A stretch of 35,921 bases of DNA from Octopus bimaculoides (GCF_001194135.2 NC_068995.1:49524558-49560478), one strand, 5' to 3'; shown: positions 1-11,442, counted from the stretch's first letter. Notes: generated by a model not told the origin, from the sequence alone. Numbers and translations are program-made.

Positions 1-122
1 TGTGTGTGTGTGTGTGTGTGTGTGTTTGCGTATAAACAAGATTAACATAATGAAGAAAACTTCAAGAATGTGTAATCTTCAATAGGGAGGAGACACTCGA
101 AGGTTGCTCATGGAAAAAACCC

Positions 123-166
<44 letters not shown>

Positions 167-1338
167 CAGCGAAAGACTTAATGGTATCTTTTGCTGAATA
201 TCGTTAGTTAAATAAATGCTTTACCTTTGTTAGCATAGAGCAATGAATAGTGGGTACATTAATAGGGGGTAGACAGGCTGTGGGATAGGCCAGTGTTTAT
301 GTAAATAGGGTCAACATTTGTCGGTAACCTCTGTTCTCTTGGTTGTCTTACATGTTAGCAGTGAATAGATTGTAACAGACAGGCTATTGTGATGTAATAC
401 AGCAATCAAACAGGTTAACCTTTTCAACTGAGGAAGCTGAACCATGCCTCTCTCTGTTTGTCTCTCTATATATATTTGCATGCATGTATGTATTGTAAAC
501 ACACAAATGCAAACATACGCATACACACACACATACATATATATGTATATACATATACATACATACATATATATATATATATNNNNNNNNNNNNNNNNNN
601 NNNNNNNNNNNNNNNNNNNNNNNNNNNNNNNNNNNNNNNNNNNNNNNNNNNNNNNNNNNNNNNNNNNNNNNNNNNNNNNNNNNNNNNNNNNNNNNNNNNN
701 NNNNNNNNNNNNNNNNNNNNNNNNNNNNNNNNNNNNNNNNNNNNNNNNNNNNNNNNNNNNNNNNNNNNNNNNNNNNNNNNNNNNNNNNNNNNNNNNNNNN
801 NNNNNNNNNNNNNNNNNNNNNNNNNNNNNNNNNNNNNNNNNNNNNNNNNNNNNNNNNNNNNNNNNNNNNNNNNNNNNNNNNNNNNNNNNNNNNNNNNNNN
901 NNNNNNNNNNNNNNNNNNNNNNNNNNNNNNNNNNNNNNNNNNNNNNNNNNNNNNNNNNNNNNNNNNNNNNNNNNNNNNNNNNNNNNNNNNNNNNNNNNNN
1001 NNNNNNNNNNNNNNNNNNNNNNNNNNNNNNNNNNNNNNNNNNNNNNNNNNNNNNNNNNNNNNNNNNNNNNNNNNNNNNNNNNNNNNNNNNNNNNNNNNNN
1101 NNNNNNNNNNNNNNNNNNNNNNNNNNNNNNNNNNNNNNNNNNNNNNNNNNNNNNNNNNNNNNNNNNNNNNNNNNNNNNNNNNNNNNNNNNNNNNNNNNNN
1201 NNNNNNNNNNNNNNNNNNNNNNNNNNNNNNNNNNNNNNNNNNNNNNNNNNNNNNNNNNNNNNNNNNNNNNNNNNNNNNNNNNNNNNNNNNNNNNNNNNNN
1301 NNNNNNNNNNNNNNNNNNNNNNNNNATATATATATATT

Positions 1339-1369
<31 letters not shown>

Positions 1370-1804
1370 GTATATATAAATTGTGTGTGTGTATGTGCTT
1401 ATGGGTGTACATTCCTATGACTGTATGTCATTATATTTGTTTTTACAGCTGGCTGAGTTGATTAGGATGTCAGACTACCAGCTAAAGAGTCAACAGTTCA
1501 CATCCTCCACTACATTGTAGCCATAACAACAATCCGAGAACCTTTAACTCTTGTTGACCCGGCCTTACACGCTCCAAGTATACACCATCGAATTGCTGGG
1601 ACACATATGCATTTAAGGAGTTGGTAATACACTATTCAGGTCCCTACATCAGCGGCCCTTTCTGACTCGATGGGCTTGTTTCATGCAAGACAATTTTCCC
1701 ACGAAATAGAAGATCATGCGCATAAGAAAACACAAAGTGTATCATAAATAATCTAATTACTGCATATATGAAACATACATATTACATATGTAGTACACAT
1801 ATGT

Positions 1805-2180
1805 GGAGGCGCAATGACCCAGTGGTTTGGGCAGCGGACTCGCGGTCGTGGGATCGCGGTTTCGATTCCTAGACCGGACGTTGTAAGTGTTTATTGAGCG
1901 AAAAGTCCTACAGCTCCACGAGGCTCATGCAGGGGGTGATGGCGAACCCTACTGTACTCTTTCATCAGAACTTTCTCTCACTCTTTCTTCCTGTACCTGT
2001 ATTTTCAAAGGGCCATCCTTGTCACACACTGTGTAATGCAGAATCTCCCCGAGAACTACGTTAAGTGCAACACGTGTCTATGGAGTGCACAGTCACTTGC
2101 ACGTTAATTTCACGAGCCGGCTGTTCCGCTGATCGAATCAACTGAAACCCACGTCGTCATAACCGACGGAGTGCCACGAC
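1805..2180 (+). mobile_element. tRNA-derived SINE, family A (copy 1)
   Basis: Head GGAGGCGCAATGACCCAGTGG (A-box-like) and GGTTTCGATTCC (B-box, 1858-1869); collinear along its whole length with the copy at 27385-27766. Confidence 0.9.
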
Positions 2181-2266
2181 AGTACATATATACCATGTTC
2201 AGTCAAAAGCTATTGCGTATTTCAAGGTTTTATTGACAGCTGAAACAAATTACACACGAAAAGCGT

Positions 2267-3494
2267 TTATTCATTAAAATACATCCCATCATGATCTATT
2301 GTCTATAGATTGCCATCATTGTGTCAGCAATCCAATTACATGTTTATACCATTTGACTGGTTTAGAGGCAGAAAAAACTAACTGCATCCGTTTTCAACCC
2401 CATTTACATTGCTGAACCGCTGTCCCTGAAGGAAATGAGTCATCGCTCAGAAAAGGCGGTAATTTGATGGTGCAAGGTCTGGATTGTAGCAGGGTGAGGA
2501 AGAACTTCCAGCCCTTCAGGTTCCTCATGTTCACGTTAGGCCACATTGGTTGTGTGTGTTGGGACGTTATCACGCTGTAGGTGTGCGTGTCTTCGACTGA
2601 CCAATGCCGGATAATGGGCTTTTAAAACATCAAATACTTGCTGCAGTTGTTGAGCATAAAGCTTAGCATTCACAACATACCCAACTGGGACAAGCTCAAA
2701 GTGCAATACACCCTCAAAACTCCACCAAACACGCCACGTGGCCTTCTATTCAAACAGCCCTTGTTTGACAACAGGTTCTGATGCCTGGCCAAAATGAAGC
2801 CATTGACTTCTTTTATTAAGATTACGAAAATAGATCCATTTGTCACCCACAGCTACAATTCGACGCCAATAACGGACATCTTGAGGATTTGCCAGCAATT
2901 TTTCGCTAATGTTGACACACTGTTGGACCTGATCATTGGTCAATTCATGAAAAGCTTCTCGGCAGCGTCTATTCACAAGGCCGAGCTTATGGAGATGTCG
3001 GTTGATGTTGCTTTGTGAAAGACTAAGTTTTTCTGACAATGTACGAGTGCTTCTTATGTTCGGCTATGTTCAACCATTTCAAGCAAAGCCTCATCTTCAA
3101 CAACAGAACGTCTCACTGACCTTGGTTTGCTTTCGAAGCTGGTGTCGCTTTCCTTGAAGCGTCTGAATCAGCTTTGTGTCACATGTTCGTTAGCAGTTTC
3201 TTATTTCTTTACTTCCCACAAGGGGCTACACACAGAGGGGACAAACAAGGACAGACAAACGAATTAAGTCGATTATATCGACCCCAGTGCGTAACTGGTA
3301 CTTATTTAATCGACCCCGAAAGGATGAAAGGCAAAGTCGACCACGGCGGAATTTGAACTCAGAACGTAGCGGCAGACGAAATACCGCTAAACATTTCGCC
3401 CGGCGTGCTAACGTTTCTGCCAGCTCGCCGTTCGTTGGCAGTTCCTGGGGCTTCCACATCCCGTCCTTTTTTTCCACAGATAGCGTAAAGTGGC
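2267..3494 (-). pseudogene. Mariner transposase pseudogene (D,D34D-type motifs; stops and frameshifts)
   Basis: Manual translation gives ATLRYLWKKG..DVEAPGTANE/..*FRRFKESDTSFESKPRS (HTH region), REAFHELT (WVPHEL-like), IVAVGDKWIYF (first D), LQRDNVPTHT (second D), YNPDLAPSNYRLF (YSPDLAPSDY motif) and HDGMYFNE*. Confidence 0.92.
3199..3429 (-). mobile_element. tRNA-derived SINE, family B monomer, with 14-bp TSD
   Basis: Reverse complement closely matches 32531-32765; B-box GAGTTCAAATTCC; central GTCGACTTTGCCTTTCATCCTTTCGGGGTCGAT motif; flanked by GTTCGTTAGCAGTT (3185-3198) and GTTCGTTGGCAGTT (3430-3443). Confidence 0.92.
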
Positions 3495-3549
3495 TCTTCA
3501 AAACTGTAGCCTGCTGTGTCTTTGAGCAAGATATTTCTTTTTTACGTTT

Positions 3550-3662
3550 AGATAGATAGAGAGAGAGACAGACAGACAGACAGATAAATAAACATAGATA
3601 TATACATAAATAACCATAGATAGATACATAAATAGATAAACACAGATAGTTAGATAGATAGT

Positions 3663-3750
<88 letters not shown>

Positions 3751-3970
3751 TAAATAGATAGATAGACAGACAGATAGACGCACACACACACACACACATA
3801 CACACAGAAGCAAACGCATTGTAACCAATATATTCATACATATTCGGGCCTTGTGCAAATAAAAGAATATATTCATACATACATTCTTGCAAGTAAGCAT
3901 GCACGTGTGTGTGCGTGTGTGTGTGCGTGTGTGTGTGTGTGTGTGTGGTGTGTGCGTGTACGTGTGTGTA
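3550..3970. repeat. Compound microsatellite (GATA)n/(GACA)n/(CA)n/(TG)n
   Basis: Directly visible. Confidence 0.95.
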
Positions 3971-4196
3971 GACACATATACGCACATGTATAATAAGTAC
4001 AGACATAGACACAATGAAAAACATACATGCATTACATATAACGATGCACACACCCATAAATAAATAAATACACACATAGAAGCAGGCAAGAACAAACACA
4101 CCGTTGCATTTATGTACACAGGCATATACATAGAGAGGCAGATAATTTAGTAGGTTAGTAATGAGTAATTGACACACAACCTCCACTAATTAACTC

Positions 4197-4330
4197 GTGG
4201 CGGCGGTGGTGGTGGTGGTGGTGGTGGTAGTGGTTGGTGGTAGTGGAAGATGCTTTATGGTGAGGGTGAAATGGTAATAATGGCAGTGGTGGTAGTGGTG
4301 GTGGTGGTGGTGGTGGTGGTGGTGGTGGTA
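4197..4330. repeat. (GGT)n trinucleotide tract
   Basis: Directly visible. Confidence 0.9.
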
Positions 4331-4753
4331 ATAATTTGGTGATGATGAACGGACGGAGGTGAGAACGGTGGTGAGCTTTCTTAATTAAAGATAATTTCAC
4401 TTGATTACTTTACGAAGAATAATAACTAATTCCAACCGTTTGACTGCTGATCTAACAACTATCATTTCTTCGGTAACTGGATAGACCCGGTTGGAGATGG
4501 CGGGGGTGGATAAGGGGTGCGGGCTGGGGCGTACGACATAAAATATGGTGACACATACTAACTTTGACCTATACAGTAACAGGTCAAATGGATTCCTGAT
4601 AAGACACACACACACGCACATACGCACGCATACATATACATACCTGAATGCATTTACATCTAACTCAAACACAAGCATTCATACATACATACATAAACAC
4701 ATGTATGCATGTACGTATGTATATATATATATATATTTATGTATGTATGTATG

Positions 4754-4786
<33 letters not shown>

Positions 4787-4826
4787 ATGTATGTATTTAT
4801 ATATATATATATTATATGTGTGTGTA

Positions 4827-4880
<54 letters not shown>

Positions 4881-4882
<2 letters not shown>

Positions 4883-5722
4883 AGGTCTGATAAATAAGTA
4901 TCCGGATTGTTGTCATAGTAACGAAGCTAAAGCACGCAGAGTGAGGCTACATGACACAGATGACCTTGACCTCTGATATGCATGCGCACTAAGCTTTAAT
5001 GTTCCAGCTTACTTCCGCTGTTTACAGCAGTGCTTGCAAGGAAGGTGTGTGATCGTCGCATTGACCATGACGGAGAAAGTTGCCATGGCGATACCTGCTC
5101 AGAGGCCTAAGCAAAGTTGCAGAAAGTGTATGGAGAGGAGTGTATGAGCCGCACACAAGTGTACGAGTGGTTCAGACTTTCTTTTCCAAGATGGCCGAAA
5201 AAATGTCGATATTGACGAACGTTCTGGGTGACCCGCAACCAGCAGAACTGAGAAAAACATCGCAGTTGTGCGTACAACTGTGTGGGGAAATCGTTGAATC
5301 CTCGTGAGTTATCAGTCGATGTGCAAATTAGTGACGGTTCAGTTCAGTCCATTATCCCTGAAGATTTGGGTATGAGACACAGGTCAGCCAAGTTTGTGCC
5401 AAAACTACTATCAGCTGACCAAAAAGACACTCGGGTTTCAGTTGTACAAGATCTTATTGATTGTGTCGAGATAAATATAGATACTTTTGAAAACTTTTTG
5501 AAAATTTTGCGTTGACCTCTGAACAGGAATAGCCAAGATTTTGGCAAAATTTGATACAGATTCTATGTTCAACTTTCTCTGTCATGTTCAATGCAACGGT
5601 CGCACGCTACACACCTTCCTTCCAAACACTGCTGTAAACAGCGGAAGTGAGCTAGAACGGTAAAACTTAGTGCGTTTGCACAGCAGAGTTGAAGGTCAAT
5701 CTGTGCTATGCGGCTTCACTCT
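4881..5722 (+). mobile_element. Non-autonomous mariner derivative made of two inverted 5' ends (foldback)
   Basis: Left arm: TIR-like start, ATG at 5067, AKLQKVYGEECMSRTQVYEWFR..SAKFVPKLL. Right arm (5490-5722) is the reverse complement of 4938-5130 and encodes MTEKVEHRICIKFCQNLGYSCSEVNAK on the minus strand from 5585. Confidence 0.85.
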
Positions 5723-5724
5723 TC

Positions 5725-5775
5725 GTGAACAAACCGAGAATCGAACGCATGACCACATGATCGTGAATCTAACAA
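5725..5775 (-). mobile_element. Fragment of a tRNA-SINE head
   Basis: Minus strand reads TTAGATTCACGATCATGTGGTCATGCGTTCGATTCTCGG (B-box-like); similar to the head at 6091-6163. Confidence 0.5.
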
Positions 5776-6090
5776 CCTACAGTAGAGTGGACTCCTTTTA
5801 ATTAATGATCGCGTGGACGAATTGATCCTCTGATGTAGAAGAACGAACGAATTGAGACAACGTAGAGAGCTTCGATGACAAGTCGTTGAGGCTTGTGACA
5901 GGACGGGGCAACTCTGATGCAGAGTGTCTCGTGAGTCAGCTACAAGCAAAGGTCCTTAACTAAGGACAAACCATTATTGCCTTGCATTCGCTGAAAACCA
6001 ATTAGATATGAAAGCCATGCAGACTATGTACAGAAACCCGTCAGCTGAATGAACTCGAGCAACGCGAAATGAAGAGTTTAGTTTAAGAAC

Positions 6091-6163
6091 CCAATCCAGA
6101 AATCGAAGCCACAATCTTACGATCATAAGTCCACCATTCTAACCACTTAGCCATGCACCTCCA
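6091..6163 (-). mobile_element. tRNA-SINE head (related to family A)
   Basis: Minus strand GGAGGTGCATGGCTAAGTGGTTAGAATGGTGGACTTATGATCGTAAGATTGTGGCTTCGATTTCTGGA carries A and B boxes and aligns with the 1805 head. Confidence 0.7.
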
Positions 6164-6381
6164 TAGCACATATCCGTAGTGAGTAATAAAAGGAATTGAG
6201 AAATAATTTCGTATTAAATGCTTGGAAGCCTTCCTAGAATTAGCTGATTTTGTTAATTGGGTAACCTAATTAACAGCGGCGTTGAATGTGCTAAAAGCAT
6301 TTTTCACGAAATAAGATCCAGGGGGTGAAAGTTCACATAGAGATGTTAACTTCTGGTAGTAAAAGTATTTAGTCTCTAAAT

Positions 6382-6734
6382 CAGGGGTTCTCGGCTGGTT
6401 TCCATACGGCCCCTGAAGGTTCATATAAGATTCTGGATGGTCCATGCAACAAAACAGTAAATCAAGAATCCACAGTAGTATTTTAAGGGCTCCTGAGACG
6501 ATTTTGCTTCAGAGGTACGTATTGGTATGTATGGCAAGAAACAACTAGGTTTCTTTCTCTAACATTTTACATAGTTCAACCTACACAAGTTAATGCGGGG
6601 AAAATAAAATAGGATTTTTGGAAGGAGTTTCTATAAAACTAAATTTTAAACATCAAATGGTTGTGGGTGCCCACCAGGTTGAAATTGTAACCAAAGGGAT
6701 CTATAGATAAAAAAAAAATGGTTGAGAGCTTCTG
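6382..6734. mobile_element. hAT-type MITE (decayed)
   Basis: Begins CAGGGGTTCTC, ends GGTTGAGAGCTTCTG (degenerate TIRs); 8-bp flanks CTCTAAAT / CTTTAGAT match at 6/8 and resemble the nTCTAGAn hAT/Charlie target. Confidence 0.65.
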
Positions 6735-6974
6735 CTTTAGATGAATTATTGGTATGTATTGCAAGAAACAGCCAGGCGCTATTACTCCGGGTTAGAGCAG
6801 ACTCGAGAACAATAGGGACAAGGGATTGGCTCTATCCTCCACAAAACCCTGGAACTCCCGAAGCAGGGCCCATGCCCCGTCACTAAGGGGTTTTACTGGA
6901 TGACACTGTGTCCCACCCAACCCTCATTGAAATAGTGGGTCTTCTCGTGACCGTTGAATTGTAGGTCGTCTTGT

Positions 6975-7430
6975 GAATGTTGAATTATGGGACTTCCGGT
7001 GATTGCTGAAATGTAAGACTTCCGGTGATTGTTGAAACGTAAGACTTCCGGTGATTGAACTGTGGGGATTCTAGAGCTTTGGATCTTCTTTCGAATACTG
7101 AATTGTGGGACTTCTGGTGACTGAATTATGGATCTTTTTGAGAATTTCGGTTAGTGGGACATCCGGTGACTGAACTGTAGAACTTCCAGTGACTGAACTA
7201 TAGTACTTCCGGTGACTGCCTTTTTGTAAATGTTGAATTGCAGGATGTCCGGTGACTGAACTATGGGACTTCCGGTGACTGAGTTGTAGGTCTTATTGTA
7301 AATGTGGCAGTGTGGGATTCTTCCGGTAACTAGAAATGAGCATCTTTTGGTGAGTGTTGAATTGTGGAATTTCTGGTGAATGTAGAATTGTGGGACTTCC
7401 GGTAACAGTAGAATTGTGGGCCTTTTATGA
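6975..7430. repeat. Degenerate minisatellite, ~20-26 bp unit (TGAAYTGTGGGACTTCCGGTGA)
   Basis: About 12 recognisable cores; exact ACTTCCGGT at 6992, 7018, 7044, 7205, 7268 and 7395. Confidence 0.9.
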
Positions 7431-7804
7431 ATGTTCATTTGTGAGTCTTCAGGTAATTTCAATGACTTCAATAGTCATGTACACTCACACACACACACAC
7501 ACACTCACACACACTTTGGTCATTGTCACTCAGCCATATGGTTTGGTTATTTCAGAAAATATCAAGATAGAAATGACAATACAGTTCTGCAAATGATATA
7601 GTTTGAATATACACAGACATAACACTATAGCCAGTTATAGGATCGTTCTCTCTCAAAAATATTTGTGGCTTTCACCGATAAAAGATATATTTAAAAAATG
7701 GGGCACAGTCACAGTATGCCAAACAGATTCATTGTGTCACAATATTGGTTTTAGCTTAAGTCTGACCTATTCTATTGGGAAGTGTTGCATCTGGGAAACT
7801 AGGT

Positions 7805-7818
7805 TATTATTATTATTA

Positions 7819-7885
<67 letters not shown>

Positions 7886-8005
7886 CATTATTTAGTAAAT
7901 GGTTGTAATGCCAACGCTCAATGCATGAAAACAAATATATGTGTGCGTATGCATTTATATGTATGTATATACATACATACATACATANNNNNNNNNNNNN
8001 NNNNN

Positions 8006-8042
<37 letters not shown>

Positions 8043-8745
8043 GTCTGTGTGTGCGTGTATACATGCGCGTGCACACTTCCACATAAGCACACATACTTTA
8101 AAAGAATATATATAATTCTCACACAAACACAGGGACACACACACACATAGAAATACAAACACATATACACATACAGATATGTGTGTGTATGTGTGTGTGT
8201 GTGTATGTATAGAAACACACATGCACATATGTATAAATATACAAATATATTTACATGAATACAAACATACACACGCATGCATACAAACTTAACCGTACAC
8301 ACAAACACATACGAATGTATATAAAACACACACGCACATACAGATACATACACACATTCCTACAGATCCATATATATATATATATATATATACACGAACA
8401 CAAACGCATACACACATACATTCATAGACAAAGATACAGTCATACATACCCATATATACACACAAACACGCACACACACATACATACGTATACACACGTA
8501 CATACACTAATACATTAATACACACCCATAGGTACACACGAACACACATACATACATACCCACACACACACACACACATATATATACATACATACATACA
8601 CACACACATACATACATACATACATACATACATACAGTCATGCGCACGTACAGCCACCCAACCCACCTGCACACCCATTCCACACACCCATCCCACAAAC
8701 CCCACACATGACACACATACACACAAACACACACGTACACACTCA
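7805..8745. repeat. (TTA)n followed by a long compound (TA)/(CA)/(CATA) tract
   Basis: Directly visible. Confidence 0.9.
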
Positions 8746-8961
8746 GAGGTTTCATACTTAATTACTAGTAGTGACCTGAATAATTATGAATACATTATAA
8801 CTGTTGATGAATGAATGAATGCTTTCCACGAACTGAAAGGTCAAGTCAACAATCCTCACCATCACCGCTTGAAAGGTCATACAATATCTCTGTACGAAAA
8901 ACGTGAGATGTTTCATACTTTGCATATTCTAACAAGTTACTCTATCAGAATGAGTAATAGT

Positions 8962-9119
8962 AGTTTCAAATTTCGTTACAAGGCCAGCAATTTCCAAGAA
9001 ACCCCAGTGCTTAACTGGTACCTATTTATTATCGACCTGAAAGGATAAATGATATAAAAGTCGAAATTGAATTCAGAACATAAAGACGGATGAAATACCG
9101 TGAAGCATTTTGCCCGGCG
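8962..9119 (-). mobile_element. Diverged family B-related SINE fragment
   Basis: CCCCAGTGCTTAACTGGTACCTATTTATTATCGACCTGAAAGGAT matches 3283-3324 with substitutions. Confidence 0.75.
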
Positions 9120-9976
9120 AAGCATTTATTGGCCCCTAGGGCCGACATATTGGGGACAATACAGTAGACATAGAGAGTGGGGATTTTACACAACGAGTAC
9201 GCAATTAAAACAATTACAATAATATCAAACAAAAAATATAACAATGAAAGTTCCTGGAGTTGGCTCAGGTACCCCACTAATCCTGGACCACTCGACGCTT
9301 CGAGGGCATCCGGGAAGGGCACCCTTCTCCCTCTCAAATTCACTAGCCTACAGGCGCGTTAGTTTTCGCCGACTTATCGCCAACTGGCATTAATCAATTG
9401 AATCTGAGTAGTTCTAAACTTTATTTCATCGATCGACAGCGTAACAGCTTGGATGATAAAGACCGCAGCCTTTGCTCCCGGGTTGAACAGTATCAGCGCC
9501 AAAGATCGCAGGTTAAGAGTTTTACCTGTTCGGGTCAAATTCGAATATCAAATTTAATTATCACTTTGTGTAAGAGATTAAATGAATTGTAGGTTGCGGG
9601 TGGAATATGAAAATGCTGTTGTTAATGGGGGGGGGCTGTCGTAGTGGCGATGGTCTGGGGTGTTGCTGCTGTGGCGGTGGCGGTGGTGGTGGTGGTGGTG
9701 GTGATTGGGGACGGTAAATGCGTGAACGTAGACAAGTTTTCAGCTGCTTCATTAAGTTTGATTAATGAACTGGATGCTGGAAAACTTGCACCAAGGAATC
9801 ATATCTATCGTATCTTCTGCGTTAGCTTACTATATACAGAGTGTATATATATATATTGATGTATACACAAACATTGTATTATATGCTTGCGTCTGTGTGT
9901 GTAAAAAGAGAGAGAGAGAGGGCACACTTATAAACATAAAAATACATGTATACAGATGGATATGTATGTAGAGAGG

Positions 9977-10010
<34 letters not shown>

Positions 10011-10015
10011 CGTAC

Positions 10016-10109
<94 letters not shown>

Positions 10110-10579
10110 TCGTGAAATTTATATATGTCTGAGGCGGGGGTCTGGTATTTCTCCATTTTAGAACTGCTGAGATCACGGTAGAAATTGAACACAAGACCTC
10201 TCCATTGAAAAAGAAAAACTAGGCTACAGTATTGACCATGTCTCTGGTAGTCCTGCAAACATAACTATTTCATATTAAAGAGACAGAAAAGAAGAAAAGG
10301 AAGCAAATTCGGTGATTTGTTGTTTTTCTATCTTTTTTTTATATATATATTTTATTTACTTTGGTTGGTTTGATAATCCGAAAATGTTGACATTTTGGAT
10401 TAACATGTAATGATTGCTTGGATAGATTCTGAATAGATACAGGACAGAAGCCGACAAATGATAAACATGCCCATTGATCAAATATAGATTTATGGTGTTG
10501 GAGCATGCTTATAGTTTATGAATCTTTAGATACAATTTATTATGGAATGTTGGAAAATCAGAAAATCTTGTTTGACCTT

Positions 10580-10715
10580 GTAACAAAGGAGCCGCTAGGC
10601 CATTAGCATATAAAACACAAACCTGAAAGCATTAGTATTCAGCTGCGACAGCAAAACCATTAGCTTTAGTTTAATCAGAAGCGGAGCGCGAGCGAGTGAT
10701 CGAGAGAGAGAGTAA
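10580..10715 (+). promoter_or_regulatory. Candidate TATA/Inr core promoter or enhancer
   Basis: TATAAAA at 10609-10615; TTCAGCT with A at 10641 (32 nt downstream of the first T); three CATTAG motifs; AACAAAG at 10582; CpG-rich GCGGAGCGCGAGCG downstream. Motif-based only. Confidence 0.3.
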
Positions 10716-11335
10716 GAGAGAGAGAGATTAAAGGAATAGAAATACAGGGAGACATTTGACTTGACCCAAGAACTCAATTATCTTACAAATGGGTAGTCAG
10801 CACTTTTATGTACCATTTGCTATCATTCCCTAAAGATTGATAACGAGATAACACCGAAGAAATGACTTGTCTACAACCTGAAATATAAAGAATTTCGGTT
10901 TTGATTAAGTGACAAGAACAACTAGCAAAAACACATTTGCGTTTCTAATGAAAGGCATCTATAGAGCGGTGTAAATTAACTCTATAAAGTAGCCAGTTAG
11001 AATTTCTACCGTTCTTTCGTAAGGAAAGTCCAAAAGTTCTTCATTCATTTCTGCATATGTTATTTGCATCAGTAAAGTTCAAATGGACACAATCAGTTCT
11101 TCATTCAGATTCGTAAAGTTGATGGTGGTATCGGTAACGGTGGTGGTGGTGGTGGTGGTGGTGGCATCGGCGGCGGCGTTGATATTAGTAGGGGGAAGTA
11201 CGTGCTGCTTCAGTGAAAGTATCCATGTTCAGGAATGCCTGTCCTCTCACCACCACCACCACAACCACCACCATTTTTCCTTTCTTCTTTTGGTCTTTTA
11301 ATAATTATTAAGATCCTGAATTGCCCTCTCTCTCC

Positions 11336-11376
<41 letters not shown>

Positions 11377-11442
11377 CTTCTCTCTCTCTCTTCTTCTTCT
11401 TCCCTCTCCCCTTATCTCTCTTCCTTCTCCCCTTTCTCTCAG

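Larger units (their letters stand above)
2193..3520 (-). mobile_element. Decayed mariner (Tc1/mariner) DNA transposon, interrupted by a SINE at 3199-3429
   Basis: TA followed by TIR-like CCATGTTCAGTCAAAAGCTATTGCGTATTT at 2191-2222; transposase remnants run from ~3494 to the stop at 2267. The other TIR is not identifiable because it runs into (GATA)n. Confidence 0.9.

Noticed and set aside
1805-1875. tRNA gene (also 6091-6163, 23441-23510, 27385-27455, 32531-32620)
   Set aside because: A/B boxes are present but there is no closed acceptor stem or T-run terminator, and each continues into a SINE body.
4556-4582. Perfect TACTAAC branch point followed by CAG and a possible 6-nt microexon
   Set aside because: The donor (GTCAAA) is poor and the sequence runs into (CA)n; a single 7-mer is expected by chance in this much sequence.
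6975-7430. CRISPR-like repeat-spacer appearance
   Set aside because: Spacers are short, mutually related and irregular; eukaryotic context; no cas genes. It is a decayed minisatellite.
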